A stretch of 57,141 nt of DNA, the filler included, from Basidiobolus ranarum (taxonomy: Eukaryota), in the NCBI GenBank assembly GCA_040143965.1. It is 3 parts of 3 records of this genome, joined end to end, with 100 filler letters (N's around TTAATTAATTAA, not from the genome) between each part and the next. Parts side by side here need not be neighbours in the genome. Positions count along the whole stretch, not along the records: positions 1 to 18,994 come from JASJQH010000260.1; 2 more parts are not named here. The stretch is one strand, 5' to 3'. The first letter of the stretch is position 1, and every line of letters begins with the position of its first letter. The position numbers and the translations under genes are program-made. Shown here piece by piece: positions 1 through 13,188 of the stretch. The notes below the pieces were generated by a model, which had not been told where the DNA came from, made no database searches, and was given only the letters and a program-made list of their open reading frames with translations.

Positions 1-2680
1 TTTGACTATCTGTTTCGTTGACTACTAGAAAATCTCAATAATACTTAGACCTCATTTGAACAGAAACCCCGTATATGCGTGTCCATTAACGTATCCATTA
101 GTGTTTCCATTAGTGTTTCCATTTGTGGAGATACTTGAAATGGGATGTCTAAGATACAGTGTGTGTCACGTGTCACAGTACAAACATCTAACACTGCCAA
201 TATTGTCCATGCTATTTAGTGCATAGCGAAATATCCGGCGCTCGGTACTGTAAGTCGATGATTAAAATTCATTTGCCTTGATTAATGCTCACCACCTGAT
301 TAGATTGCTGACGCAGAGCTTCGACAATCATGTGATTATGCGCTCATAATGATGTCTCTGACCTAGAAGGCATTACACATGCATGAAAGTTAATTCATAG
401 TCAAATACACCTACGCCTACATCAATAACTCATCATTTGAGTCTGATCACTTGACGATCTTTGATTCTGAATCCTAGTAAACCCCAATGCAATAATAAGT
501 TGATTTGAAATCAAGATACATCTACCAAGTATCCGTGTATCCAGCCGAATCCAGCTCCAAATGGTCTACTCTCAGTATTAAGACATTATCCCATGCACTA
601 TCATGTATACAGACTATACTAATCCGCTAGGCTAAAGACAATATTGACTTCCGATCTGATCTAACTATGATAGATTCCATCTCAATGTATTACAATACAA
701 TCGTATTGAGAACTAGTTTCCAAACCAATAGAAGGAGATTCCATTTTTCCCCGATAAAGTAATTTTCCCACATCAAGCCGGATTTTCAGGTCACATTTCT
801 ATTGATAATGGGAGTTATTGGCGGGGAGAAGAAGGGAAGAAGGGCTAATATGATACCAAGTGTAGCAAGGATCCATTTCATAGAATTCCATACATACAAT
901 ACAATGACTAAAGTGACTAGATGAAACCATATTTCACAAGGCTGAATGGTACTTCATGCTAGTCTCGTTTCTACCATTATTAGCATGGATATAGCAAGAG
1001 TATATGAATAGAGTCGCAACCAAGTTATGTGAATAGAATGAAAATGGGATAAATTAAAAAGTAATTTCCGATAGCTAGCCATTAACTTATTGAGCTCGGG
1101 CGTTTAATCCGACGCTCACACACACGCTAGATATTGTATTGGTTTTATGCTTGTTTCGAATGATATCTTCCAGTTCATCCAAGTCATACCGAAAATATCC
1201 ATTTACTCACAACATCGATTCCACTTAAAAAAGCCTGTCTTGATAAATGTTTTTCCTGACCAAAGAAATGAATAAATTTGGTTGGTGAAGTGTTACGATA
1301 TTTCTTTCTTGTTCCAGGGAAACGGGTACGGCAATAGATGGGAGGAAGTATTGGTTCTTACTATAATCATGGTCACACATTGTTAAAGCCAGGTTCATAT
1401 TGAAATTAATATTACACACTTCATTAGAAGCAACCTCGGTGTTACGTTTTTTTACAGTAGAATGTTCTCAGATTTCTACTCTAACCTTCATTTATGCTAA
1501 TAGGACATGGATTTAATAGAACCAACCACATCGTCTGAGGGGGATAGGGGAATCTAGTTAGTCAGTAATAAGGCTATGGCTAAGCATGGTTGAACAACCC
1601 ATAAATAGCCATACCAATATGGAAACATCCCCTTTAACGTAGAAAGTAACATGTTTGACTTGTAATCCCTTGAATGCATTAGGATTCTTGGGGAAGAGGG
1701 GCATTTTACTAAAAGTGTGACAACTGAATTTCATTTATCCACTACGTATCGCTATGCAATGTATGCATCCCTGAAGCTTAAAAGATCTTTGGGTGCATGT
1801 GAATATCAATGGAGGGTGGGGTCTAGGCTCTTCCTTTTATATCTATGGTTAGGGTATAGATGATACCGAAAGAAGTCGATTATTGATTATTTCAGATATC
1901 GTGATCGTGATTAGTAGAAGTGAATTAGTAAATCGTTCTTGGAGGGAGGGGAGGGGAAAGACAGAGGACTAGTACACGGGCTGAGACTGTACAATCATTA
2001 TTCATTAACTCATGGTACCGGTCTAATCACATATCTTTAAAGCAATTTCAATCTGATTGTGGGTGATTGCCAAATGAGGAGATGGCTTCTTGAATTTCAT
2101 ACTTGAAAGATGACTTTCTTTCATAACTTTATATACCAGAAACCATTAGAGAGGAGGATGAAATAATTGAATGATTAGGGTTAGAAGGATAAGGGTTACT
2201 TACCTCCAAGTTGATCCGAAAATCACCCCCCAAAATATTTAGGGTCTAAAGGAAGTAAGAAAAATCATTGAATAGATATCTTTTTATTTCTATTCCAATC
2301 CCAAAATTCCTTGGTTTTATATAAAAGAGAGGGGATTTCTTCTTCCAAAATTATCCATCGCAACATCAATTAAATTCTCTACTTGATTTCACAATATGAA
2401 CTTAGAGAACACAATATTGCGTATAGTAAATTCACGTTGATTCGCTAACACTGGTGAGATCCTCTTCAAGGAACGATGACCAGAGTTTGATAGTAACCTC
2501 GTGACATTTCTTTTGAAGAAATTTCTTATTTTTGCATTCAAAACTATACAATAACCAATTCATGTATTATTTTTAATAACCCAACAGCTGATTTTTTAGC
2601 TAACTGTTTGTCAATTCAAAAGTAGAACAGTTGCTAGTAAAAGGGTATTTATTTGAATAAGCAGTAGAACTTGGCTAGAT

Positions 2681-3660
2681 TTACACGTCAACATCTGAAG
2701 TACTTGAACCGCTATCCATAATATGCCGTAAATGACCTCTATTTTGATCATGACAAGCAGTCACCAAAATCGCGTCACTACAACTCCAACAAACTGCCAT
2801 TAATTTCACCCAAGAGGTATTCGAATCAAACAAGAAGGACATATGAGCTACGTGTGGGTCTTCTTGTAATTGAGAGAACTTACTTAGAACATATTCTTTT
2901 TGGTCTGGATGAACGAAAGTAGTGAATTTCTCCCCTATCAATTTTTCATTATTCGCTCCCAGTAGAGTTTCACTCAAGCAAGAGGCATACATGATAGTGG
3001 GGTCAGATCCGGTCTGAAGGGCGAGAATCACTCTTGGTTGTGGTGTTAACTGTATACTTTCTCCACTATTAAGTTCATGTTCCAAACGTGCGAGTAGTGC
3101 ATGGTTATTAGGGCTTAAATTCTATTCGTTATGACCAGATAAAAGGTTCTCCAGTTAAACATGATAATTGAAGGTTAAAATATAGGGGTTTTTTTTTGGT
3201 TACCCTTGCTGTAACTTGCCCGTCAGTCTTGAAAACGAACCATTTATCAACGGTCCGTGAGCGTTCTGTATCGTAAATCGGTTAACTGAAGAGTTGAAGA
3301 ATATACAAAAGTAGACTAATATTCACTTGTTTGTCCTATCTGGTCTTGATCGATCTGAGCAAAAGTGATGGCTCTCAAGTTGTAGCAAGAAGAAATAATG
3401 GCTTCGAGGGTAATAAACTCTCCATTTTTATGGAGAACATGAAGGTTGGAACCATGAACCAAGTAATCTTTCTTTAATAAATAAGCCGATAAAAGTCTAC
3501 CCAGTGCAAGTTCTTCTGGATGACAATAAGCAGCCATAGTTGACTCTAACCATTCAGTCGGTTCATAACCTAGCACTCTTTTTATACTTGGTGAGACATA
3601 AACGAAATTAGAGTCAATTTCTTCATTACAAAAGACGAAAAAACTCTTTTCTTGGGTCAT
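2681..3660 (-). CDS. Small protein with two PAS-like domains (3 exons)
   Basis: Exon 1 has FVYVSPSIKRVLGYEPTEW...YCHPEE; last exon has IMYASCLSETLLG...LIGEKFTTFVHPDQ; both are PAS-fold signatures. Putative introns ~3286-3326 and ~3125-3203 join the ORF-track pieces in frame. No LOV GxNCRFLQ motif. Confidence 0.7.
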
Positions 3661-4097
3661 AGAAGGGTAACTATTACTAGTGATAAATGAGTAAAGACTT
3701 GGGTTCAAATTTCGATGTTCTCCTCATAACTGAAATTAGCCTATATGCATATACTTAGAGGCATGTTTGGATTGATTTGAAATCGTGGTTTATATCTTAT
3801 TTATGGTCCAAGTCATCGTGGATTGTTGAACTGTTTACCAAAACTAATGTGATACTGTTTCTTAAAGTCAACTGACACAGATAGCAAAAATTGTTTGATT
3901 GGTTTAAATACACTAAAAGAGCACTAATAAGGTAATGATTAATGGATGAAGAGTAGGGTGAGGATAAGGGTAAGGGTAAAAGGGTATGAAGTTCAAATAT
4001 ATATATAAATTAAGTAAAGGTGAATTTTCTAAACGGTGGGTATTGATTATGCAGAGGGGTATTTGACGAATTTACCGGGTGAAACCGGGGGGAATAT

Positions 4098-5259
4098 TTA
4101 CTTTAGCAAAATACTTCTTTCAGTATTTAAGACCATGCGAGATTCTTCCTTTATACAGTATCTCCGGTGAGATTTCTTGCAGTTCATTAATGCTTGCTGA
4201 GTTTTAATGGGCCGATGGGTAGGTGCACGACTACGATACAAAGTCCGTTTGCTCCTGTACGATTGTTTATGTGGTTTTCTGAGCAAGTTTAAGAGCTGTG
4301 AACGAACTAGTTCCTCCAAAGAACCTGTTATAGTTCTGGGGTAGCTATTTCTTGACAAAGGATAATAATCAAGCGCTAAAGCCGGTAACTGCTGTAACGA
4401 TTGACATATTTGTTTTGGGAAGTTTCCTTCAAGGTGAATCTCGTTCATCAAGTCAAGTGACCATCTCTCATATTCAGGTACCGAAACGAATAGTTCATGT
4501 CGTGAACAATGTAAAAAAGCGAGTTCTACTTTGGTCACTTCTTTCAAGTCTAAACTAGTGTAACGTGCCCAATCAGAATTAGTGGGGGCATGGTCTTGAT
4601 GATACTTTGAGGCAGCCATTAAAGCTCCAATAAGGGCTTTTCTGACATGAGTAGTACAGTCCTGAATCTCCGTAGGATAGCTACTTGAAAAATCTTTCCT
4701 CTCTGAAGAGAATAATGGCGTATTGAGCTTATGAGAGTGATCACATGTTGCTGTTCCTTGTACGAGGCTCTTGTAAGCACTTTGAAGGGATATCTCTGAG
4801 GTTAATAGTGGCTGCATGCGATATATATATAATAGAGATATCATAACAGTGGAATAAAATACACGAGAGGTTTTTATCGTCTCTCGTACAAAAGCTCTAA
4901 GAAGCAGACGCTTGGTACGACTAAGTGAAGAGTGTCGATACCATATCTTTTCAACAACGTATTCAACAGCATCTAGTTTGAGAAGAAAATTTGAGTTCAT
5001 AAGAAGGGAAAGGATAGTAAAAGAAAATTATCAACATACCAACAAGACATTCAACGAATTCACCGCTTTGTTTGCACGTACTTAATACTTGAGACATGGA
5101 GGGTTTATGTTTAAGGTAACATGAAAGTAAAGATAATAGTTCGTTAATTTTTAAGTTTAGCCAAACTAGCAAGCTTGCCAAAGCGCGAGGGACGTTTTTT
5201 TGTTCGTTAAAAATGGCTTGGGCTTGAGATACAAGGTACGGATAGTTGAGGAAAGCCAT
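4098..5259 (-). CDS. Pho80/Pcl-family cyclin
   Basis: Cyclin-box motifs STVMISLLYIYR, LIGALMAASKYHQDHAPTNSDWA, EVTKVELAFL. Intron 4973-5039 (GTATGT...CTAG) joins the 98-aa and 300-aa ORFs in frame. Confidence 0.8.
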
Positions 5260-6056
5260 TACAAAGTAGTGGAAGTTAGTAAAAATTCATTAATCATGTA
5301 TATAACTAACTTCTAACATTCAGGGAATTTTTACGATTCAATTTTAATTAGCAACGTAGTTAGGTCACATGAAGATTCGGCGATATATTATTTACAAGTA
5401 CTTCCTTCCCTGCTCCACTCTTAAAATGTTGAGGTAGCTAAGTATACTCTTGCTTTATTGGCATAAAGTTCAATTTGATTTACATATCAATCAAGATAAT
5501 CGACCTACAATCAATCAATAGATTAATCGCATTTTATCATCGATCAGGAGTTGAGAGTTTCATATTCCAAACAGGATGTGTTAGATGTGAAGGGAAAGAT
5601 GAAAATAAAGGTTGTGCCACAGTCTTAAACTAACTGCATCGGATTGCTGCTTAATTTCTACCAACTACCTCTCGAAATCTCCCATAACATGGGAATTTTA
5701 AACAAATTTATTTACTGTAGTTACTAACAGGCAAAACCTACCCAGCATTCATCGCGAATATATCAATTCACTCAAAGCCCCATGTTTCTGAATAGAGTGT
5801 GACTTATGCCGAGTGCGTTTCAGTATCTCCTAGAGTTAGTTGCTGATTTGTCGTAAAGTGTTGGATTCTCCTATGCACTCCTAGCACAACCCTTTGAAAA
5901 GCATCGTTTCAGACACTAAGGAGAAGTATATTACGTACATTTGAGTATTTAAGAAGTTCCTAAGGATTAGGGAACCTTCGTCTCATTCTAGCTCGTCACT
6001 CCTCTCCCTTCGACCTTATCCATTTTCTCCTTTCCCTTTCAAATCATCCTTTCAAA

Positions 6057-6518
6057 ATGAAATTTTCTTGCTTTGTTCTTGTGTCTGCTGCCGTTCTCAG
6101 CAGCTCCGTCTATGCTGCTTCCATACCCGGAAGTAAGGCAGTCATTTACGGAAACAAGGAATATAATTACAAGAGCGGATTCAAAGTTGGCAAGAGCCAA
6201 GGACTGGATGATGGATTAGACATCGGAACCAAAGATGGATTCGGAAAGGGATTTGATGAAGGAATCAAGATAGGATTCAAGAAAGGAGAAAAGTGGGGAC
6301 TTGCTAAGGGGAAAGCAATTGGTGAGAAGTTTGGTCGTGAAAGAGGGGTGAGGAAAGGGACCGAAGTAGGTTTCCGTGAAGGTCACTCAGATGGATTCAA
6401 GACTGGATTTGATACCGGAGTTGATAAATCGTACTGGAAAGGACTTAGAGAAGGAAGAATAAAGGGCAAAGAGCAATATAAAAGCAAATATGCAAACAGT
6501 TACGCCAGAGCATATTAA
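6057..6518 (+). CDS. Secreted G-x-x-x repeat protein, paralog 1
   Basis: Signal peptide MKFSCFVLVSAAVLSSSVYA, then 25 consecutive 4-residue units starting with Gly (one starts with Ser); intronless; good AAAATG start context. Confidence 0.85.
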   Translation: MKFSCFVLVSAAVLSSSVYAASIPGSKAVIYGNKEYNYKSGFKVGKSQGLDDGLDIGTKDGFGKGFDEGIKIGFKKGEKWGLAKGKAIGEKFGRERGVRKGTEVGFREGHSDGFKTGFDTGVDKSYWKGLREGRIKGKEQYKSKYANSYARAY

Positions 6519-7021
6519 ACTTGGTTGAAGTTTCCAAATGTCCCTATTCAAAATGTAGTCATCCATCATCTGTGTAATTTTCAATAAACCATTCTCATCT
6601 TGAACAACAATTCACATTATATTCAGAGCACGTATTAAGCGGTAATGGCACGCATGGTATCCAGATAATATACTCAATAGAAAAGATAAGCAGCCACACA
6701 ACAATACTGGTACGTCCTGAGCGTCAGGTGTGAGAAAAGGGAAGGGCAAGACCAGCACTAAACACCAAACACAACTGTATTATCCCTCAAATTGTGTGAT
6801 AATCTGTATGAATCAGAAATCATTCATGCTGAAACAAATCCTAACACACCCTAAACATCAGCGTATATAAGCCCCTTGCATGACATGTAATTCCTTGTTT
6901 CAGGCACTTCGAAGAATTGAATAAATAGAGAGTCTACACAGATACCTATTTCGTTGGTCATCCACTTTCGGTTCTCTTCCACCCTTTTTCATATCCTCCT
7001 CCGCCTTCAACCAACGCCATC

Positions 7022-7474
7022 ATGAAATTCTTCTCCGTCGCTCTTGTCTCAGTAGGTCTCCTTGCCTCAACTATCATGGCTGCTTCACCACCAAAGTATG
7101 GCTATGATGAGGGAAAATACGAACAAGGTGTTCGTGATGGTCGTAAGGAAGGAGTTGAAGAAGGTCGTCAGTCTGGTTATGAAGATGCTTTCTGGAAGGG
7201 ATATGATCAGGGCGTCAAGAACGGCTACCAGAAAGGAGAGAAAATCGGATACGAAAAAGGGTTCAAAGTAGGCTCCACCGCTGGTCACGCAAAGGGTGAA
7301 AAGCAAGGAACTAAGGTGGGTTTCCGCGAAGGTGATGGTGAAGGCTTTAAGACCGGTTTTGATGCTGGTATGGATCGTGGCTATTGGAGAGGATTCAGAG
7401 AAGGTCACGTCAAGGGTGAAATCGAGACTAAAGGCAAGCATAGAAATAACTATGGTGGTGGTTACAAATATTAG
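7022..7474 (+). CDS. Secreted G-x-x-x repeat protein, paralog 2
   Basis: Signal peptide MKFFSVALVSVGLLASTIMA; 25 G-x-x-x units (one starts with Ala); shares GT.VGFREG...GFKTGFD.G.D..YW.G.REG..KG with paralog 1. Confidence 0.85.
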   Translation: MKFFSVALVSVGLLASTIMAASPPKYGYDEGKYEQGVRDGRKEGVEEGRQSGYEDAFWKGYDQGVKNGYQKGEKIGYEKGFKVGSTAGHAKGEKQGTKVGFREGDGEGFKTGFDAGMDRGYWRGFREGHVKGEIETKGKHRNNYGGGYKY

Positions 7475-8087
7475 CCATTTCTAATCAGCAATTACTGTTC
7501 CTCTTTCATGTTCGCATGTGTACCAATAAACCTCGATAATACTTCATCATCACTAAGCAATCACCAAGCAATAGTCTCATCGCTAAGCATTGGTGTGTAT
7601 CACCAAGTAATAGTCTCATCACTAGTCTGAGCAATAATCTATATATTACATTAAGCGGCAATAGTAACCGTAGCGATGGTAGTAATGGTGGTAGTCTACA
7701 TATCTTAGCCCTTAAACTAGAAGTATTTATGATATCTGTGAACCGAACAGTCGAGATCCGATCGATTTTGATCTGAAATTTTATCCGTTGAGCCTTGTCT
7801 TCATTTATACCTTTTTCTCCTAACCCAGTCACAATGCCTGCTTCCACTGAGCTTTTTTTTCTGCGTTTCGCTAGCAAAAAGGTACAATTCTTTATTTCGA
7901 TACTCCTTTCCCCTGTAAGCCACTTTCCTATTTGAAACCTCAACGGATACACTTACCCGAGCATTTATTGACTTATTTGCTGTTTTTCTCGTCCTGAACT
8001 TGATCTTTTTTGAAAAGGCCAAACTGGAAACAAATATTATCCCTTTTTTTCCAATTCCCCACTTCAGACACTCTATTTTCAAAGGTT

Positions 8088-8780
8088 ATGCTTGGAATCA
8101 ACAACACTATGTTTGATAAAGATCCAGTTTATGCTATTGATGTAGAATGCATCGCTACTGGCCGAGGCCATAATGATCGCGCAGTATGTAGTGTTTCAGT
8201 TGTAGATCAAAAACTACAAGTGGTTTTTGAGCGTCTAGTGAAACCTTCCCTCAGAATTCACAACTATCTTACGCCCATTACTGGCTTTAAGCAAGGGGAT
8301 TTGGATAATGGAGAGCCTTTGGAAGTAGTCCTTAGCGATTTATATACTTTTCTTCCTAAAAACTCCATCATCATTGGGCAAGCTATTGATGGAGACATTT
8401 CTTGGTTAGAACTTCAACAAGGAGTGCATTTCAAAGAACGTATAGATCTAGCCCAACAGTTTTGTTCAAAGCATCCCGTTTACGGAAGTACTATGTACTA
8501 TTCCCTTGCACACACTTCAAGAGTTTTACTCGGATATGAGTGTTTTCAATCAGGCGGCTCGCACAGTGCAACCAATGATGCCATAGCTTCGATGATGCTT
8601 TATAATGAATACATCGTCACCAACAAAATCCCAGAGGCTAGACGTATACTAAACGCAGGTTCACGGCCATTACCTAGCATTGCCAAAAGGATGAATTATC
8701 GATGTGACGATGTATGCATGGCCGCCTTTATGCCAAGGCTGTGCTTCTGTGGTGCACACAGTAAATGTTCGTCCCCTTGA
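8088..8780 (+). CDS. DEDDh 3'-5' exonuclease (REX4/RNase T-like)
   Basis: ExoI IDVEC, ExoII GQAIDGDI, ExoIII HSATNDA; NYLTPITG motif typical of the REX family. First in-frame ATG at 8088 (alternative 8109). Confidence 0.85.
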   Translation: MLGINNTMFDKDPVYAIDVECIATGRGHNDRAVCSVSVVDQKLQVVFERLVKPSLRIHNYLTPITGFKQGDLDNGEPLEVVLSDLYTFLPKNSIIIGQAIDGDISWLELQQGVHFKERIDLAQQFCSKHPVYGSTMYYSLAHTSRVLLGYECFQSGGSHSATNDAIASMMLYNEYIVTNKIPEARRILNAGSRPLPSIAKRMNYRCDDVCMAAFMPRLCFCGAHSKCSSP

Positions 8781-9241
8781 ACATTAAAGTAGCACATTGT
8801 TGGTACTATATCCCTCCTCAGAAAAGAGGTTTTATTCTATCCTTAAAAACCTTCAAATGGGGTACTATCCGCAACATCCACCAGAGAAGTTACTCTTACA
8901 ATTCAACTTGACACCATAATTATTCCTAAACCTTACCTATCGCTCGTTATAATTGTATATTTCTTTATTTCTTGACTACCGCTTTATGTGCTCGTGTTAG
9001 ATTTTTTGTTTGATGGAAGAAATGCATGAGATGTCTGCTTATGTCCACCTGTTTCTTTATAAATTAAACAATGAATCAATCCCAACACTACATACATAAT
9101 ATGCATTCCTTCATCTAATTAGTATTCATTTGCTTCACTTTACACACTGTCGACTGCACTAGGCTAGCTCACTCTACTACACACTCTCAACTAGACTAAG
9201 GGTGTACACGCAGGGATGAATTTTTATTGCAAGAAAAGCCA

Positions 9242-10393
9242 TCAAGGAAGAGGGAATTTCTGGATATTAGAGAAATCCATTACAACATCATCGACAGACT
9301 GATAAGTAGCGAGCATTGGGGTGATACTGATGTACTGTTTACTCAGCGCATACGCATCCGAATCCTCTGGAATCCCTACAATATCATGTAATGCTTTGAA
9401 ATCTGGGGAGAATTTGAATACGACTCCTTCATCACTGACCACTTCTTCGACCGGTTCAAATAGTGACCGATACACATTTTGATGAAACTTCGTCATCATA
9501 ATTGGTCTTTCAGGTTCGTCTACCAATGGAACATTGATATTGAAGAGTTCCACTCCTTTAGGCCATCCACTATTCCATATATGAGATATTACTGACATGG
9601 CCATTGAACATGCATTTCCTACTTGCTCGGCGCTTATCTTGCTACGATTGAAATATGCGAATGATAGGGCGATTGCTTTCTTAGAAGCCAAGCATCCATC
9701 CAACGCCGCACCGATCGTACCTGAGGCCAGTGCAGATACTCTGGAAGAGTTCCGACCAAAGTTGGGCCCAGATATCTATTGAAAACGGGAGAGACGGGAT
9801 AAATACTATTATACAGTGTATGTTGATAGATATGGAGTACTTACCACCAAGTCAAATTCTTCATCAGCAAATATGTGATGTAGACCAATGTTAACGCAAG
9901 TAGCGGGCGAACCTAATCCATACAAGTTAATATCAACTTTATATTTTCTCTGGTAATTCGGAGATGTTTCCTCTTGGAAAATTTCACTTGCCACTTAGTA
10001 AACACCACGTTTGAGGAGCATTTTCCTCTGAAGGTTTTAATTTCGTAATGTTACTGGTATTTGGATCGTAAAAAGTACATTTTACTGTATCCTGTATATG
10101 GAAAGCTTTGGAAACCCAGGACTTTTGTGAGTCAGGAATGCATACACTACGAAAGAGAATTAGTTTAGAAAGGGGGATAGCTGAATTTGAGGAGATTTTA
10201 ATAAATCCAGATTAAGACCAACATAAGGAGTGAACCTAATGAAAAGTAGTAATCCCTCTTACCAGTATTCCCAACCCAAAGTGGTTTCTAGTGCTTTAAT
10301 AAATGGGAGTAAGAAGGGACTTTCGGGACTGGGTGGACCGTCATCATTGGTAATAAACACTCTAGGTTTACGTGGAACTGATTTAGTAGTCAT
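9242..10393 (-). CDS. SurE-family 5'/3'-nucleotidase / acid phosphatase
   Basis: N-terminal VFITNDDG, LSGSPATCVNIGL (spanning GC-AG intron 9913-9991), DLVISGPNFGRN, SGTIGAALDG, FNINVP, ISITP; three introns. Confidence 0.9.
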
Positions 10394-10891
10394 ATCTTGA
10401 AGTGGTAGAATAGTAAAGAGAAGTAATAATTTTATTCAATTCGAATATACTTGGATTTCTAAGTAATTCTAGCGTGACGTCTTAACTTATTCAATCTTCC
10501 TTATTATCATTTGTTGTGTAGATGGGTAGCAAACAGTTCAAATTCAATTTTCACACGCTTATTTACCCTCCAATGCAAGCAAGTCTGGATGTATGTCTAA
10601 ATTAGCCATAAACAGGACACCTTTGCTTTAATCCGAGCTACGGTTTGGATGAGTATCTGTGACCAGTTTTGACTCTAATCAATCAATTGCGGAGTTGATT
10701 GATTGGAAAATGATTCACTAACTCTTCAACAATTAATTCTCGCATATATATTTCACCTAAATAATCTGTACAAACCAAAATATTTTTCTATTGATTAATA
10801 GTCAAATCTTCTAGAACGGTTGATCTCAAAAGTGCCAGTCAGCTTTCTTTCCCTTCGCCTATTCATCGCTCAGAGAATAGATAAATACAAC

Positions 10892-13188
10892 ATGGCTTCC
10901 ATCGAACAAAAATTGGTGAGTGATAAAACTCAACAAAAGCCCAAGAACACCGATAAAAAACAAAAGAAGGCAAAAGTCGTCAAGGGTAACGAAATCATCT
11001 ATCCTCTCGAAGTAAACATCCTCTCTTAGTATCCTGGTAGTAGTGAAAGTTAACCGATATCTTTCTTACTTAACCAGGTCTCCCCTGCTCCTGAATATTT
11101 AGAGCATCGAATCAAAATATTTGAACAACTTAAGAAAGAATACGACGAAGATATCAAGAGTAAGTACCTACACTTCAATTTGTCGTACATTTCATGGATT
11201 GACCGGTTTTGAAATATTTAGATAAGCCACGTGAACCTATTACTATCACTCTTGGTGATGGTAAAACTCAGGAGGGAATCTCTTGGGAAACCTCCCCCAT
11301 GGATATTGCGAAGAGTATCAGCAAATCATTACCAGAGCGCATTGTTATCTCCAAAGTAGATGGTGCTCTCTGGGATCTTCTTCGTCCACTTGAAAAGTCG
11401 TGTGCTTTGGAATTGATTGATTTCGAAAATGATGAGGGTAAGAGAGTATTTTGGCATTCTAGTGCCCACATTCTAGGTGAAGCATGTGAGCGTCATTATG
11501 GATGTCATCTTTGTATTGGCCCTCCCTTGGAGGATGGTTTCTATTACGAAATGGGTGGCATGAATGAACGCGCTGTCACCCAGGCCGATTATGGTAACTT
11601 GGAAATTCTCACCAGGAGCATCGTCAAGGAAAAACAGCCATTTGAACGCTTAGTTATTTCCAAGGACAATCTGTTAGAGATGTTCAAACACAATCCATAC
11701 AAGGTTCAAATTATCAAAGATAAGATCGCCGACGGTACTTCTACCACCGTTTACCGCTGTGGTCCTCTCATTGATTTATGCGTTGGTCCTCACGTTCCTC
11801 ATACCGGCCGTATCAAGTCTATGGCTGTTATGAAGAACTCAGCTTCTTATTTCCTTGGAGATGCCAACAACGATTCTCTTCAACGTATCTACGGTATATC
11901 TTTCCCCGACAACAAGCAAATGACTGAACACAAAAAGTTCATCGAGGAGGCTGCTAAGAGAGACCATAGGAAGATTGGTAGAGAGCAAGAGCTCTTCTTC
12001 TTCCATGAGCTTAGTCCTGGCTCTTGCTTCTTCCTTCCCCATGGTACTCGCATCTACAATACTCTTATTGAATTCATTAGAGAGGAATATCGTAAGCGTG
12101 GTTACAGCGAAGTAGCTACTCCTAACTTTTACAACGTCAAGTTGTGGGAGCAATCTGGTCACTGGCAAAATTATCAAGAACATATGTTCTCCTTCGATAT
12201 TGAAAAAGAAAAATATGCCCTTAAGCCCATGAATTGTCCTGGTCACTGTCTTATGTTTGGTCATCGCGAGCGTTCTTATCGTGAACTTCCTATCCGTATG
12301 GCGGATTTCGGAGTTTTACATAGAAACGAGTTCAGTGGTGCGCTAAGCGGTTTAACTAGAGTTAGAAGATTCCAACAAGATGATGCCCATATCTTCTGCA
12401 CAGAAGATCAACTTGAATCCGAAATGAGCGCTACTTTAGATCTACTTCAACATGTTTATGGAATCTTTGGATTCACTTTCTTCCTTCGTCTTTCTACTCG
12501 ACCTGAGAATTATATTGGGGATATTGAAGTATGGAATAATGCAGAGAAGAGACTTGAAGATGCTCTTAACAAATTCGGCAACCCTTGGGATATCAACTCC
12601 GAGGATGGTGCTTTCTACGGTCCCAAGATTGATATCACCATTTCGGACGCTTTGGGTCGCAAACATCAATGTGCTACCCTTCAATTAGATTTCCAATTAC
12701 CTGAGCGATTTGAACTTCAATATCGTACCCCTCAGAGCGAAGATACCGAAAATACTTTTAAACGTCCAGTGATTATCCATCGTGCTATGTTGGGTTCAGT
12801 TGAACGTATGATAGCCATTCTTACCGAGAATTTCGCTGGTAAATGGCCTTTCTGGTTATCTCCTCGTCAAGTGATGGTTATTCCAGTGACTGGAGTATTT
12901 AATGGCTACGCTGAGAAAGTACGTCAAACTTTGCATGATGCTGGTCTCTATGCTGAAGCTGATCTTAGTGATAATACATTGAATAAGAAGATTCGTAATG
13001 CGGAACTTGCCCAAAATAACTTCATCTTTGTGGTAGGTGGAGAAGAAGAATCCACCCAAAGTGTAAACATTCGTAATCGTGATGATGCTGGTACTAAAGC
13101 TAAAGGACAAACTATGCCTTTAAATGAAGTGATGAAGAAGATGATTGCCCTCAAAGAATCTAAATCAATCCTGAATCAACTTGATTAA
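10892..13188 (+). CDS. THS1: Cytosolic threonyl-tRNA synthetase
   Basis: TGS domain, HSSAH editing motif, [42 protein letters not shown]; two short 5' introns. Confidence 0.97.

Noticed and set aside
79-126. Four imperfect 12-nt repeats (GTTTCCATTAGT-like)
   Set aside because: Short degenerate minisatellite with no supporting context.
7506-7952. 148-aa minus-strand ORF with an MRLLLGD duplication
   Set aside because: Non-ATG start; arises from a short local duplication and low-complexity sequence; no family signal.
11029-11036. GTATCCTG inside ThrRS intron 1 as a U12 donor
   Set aside because: Using it would leave an in-frame stop; the upstream GTAAAC donor gives the correct YPLE-VSP join.
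11268-13154. Antisense and alternate-frame ORFs over ThrRS (likewise over the CDO and G-x-x-x genes)
   Set aside because: Shadows of codon-biased genes with no independent motifs.
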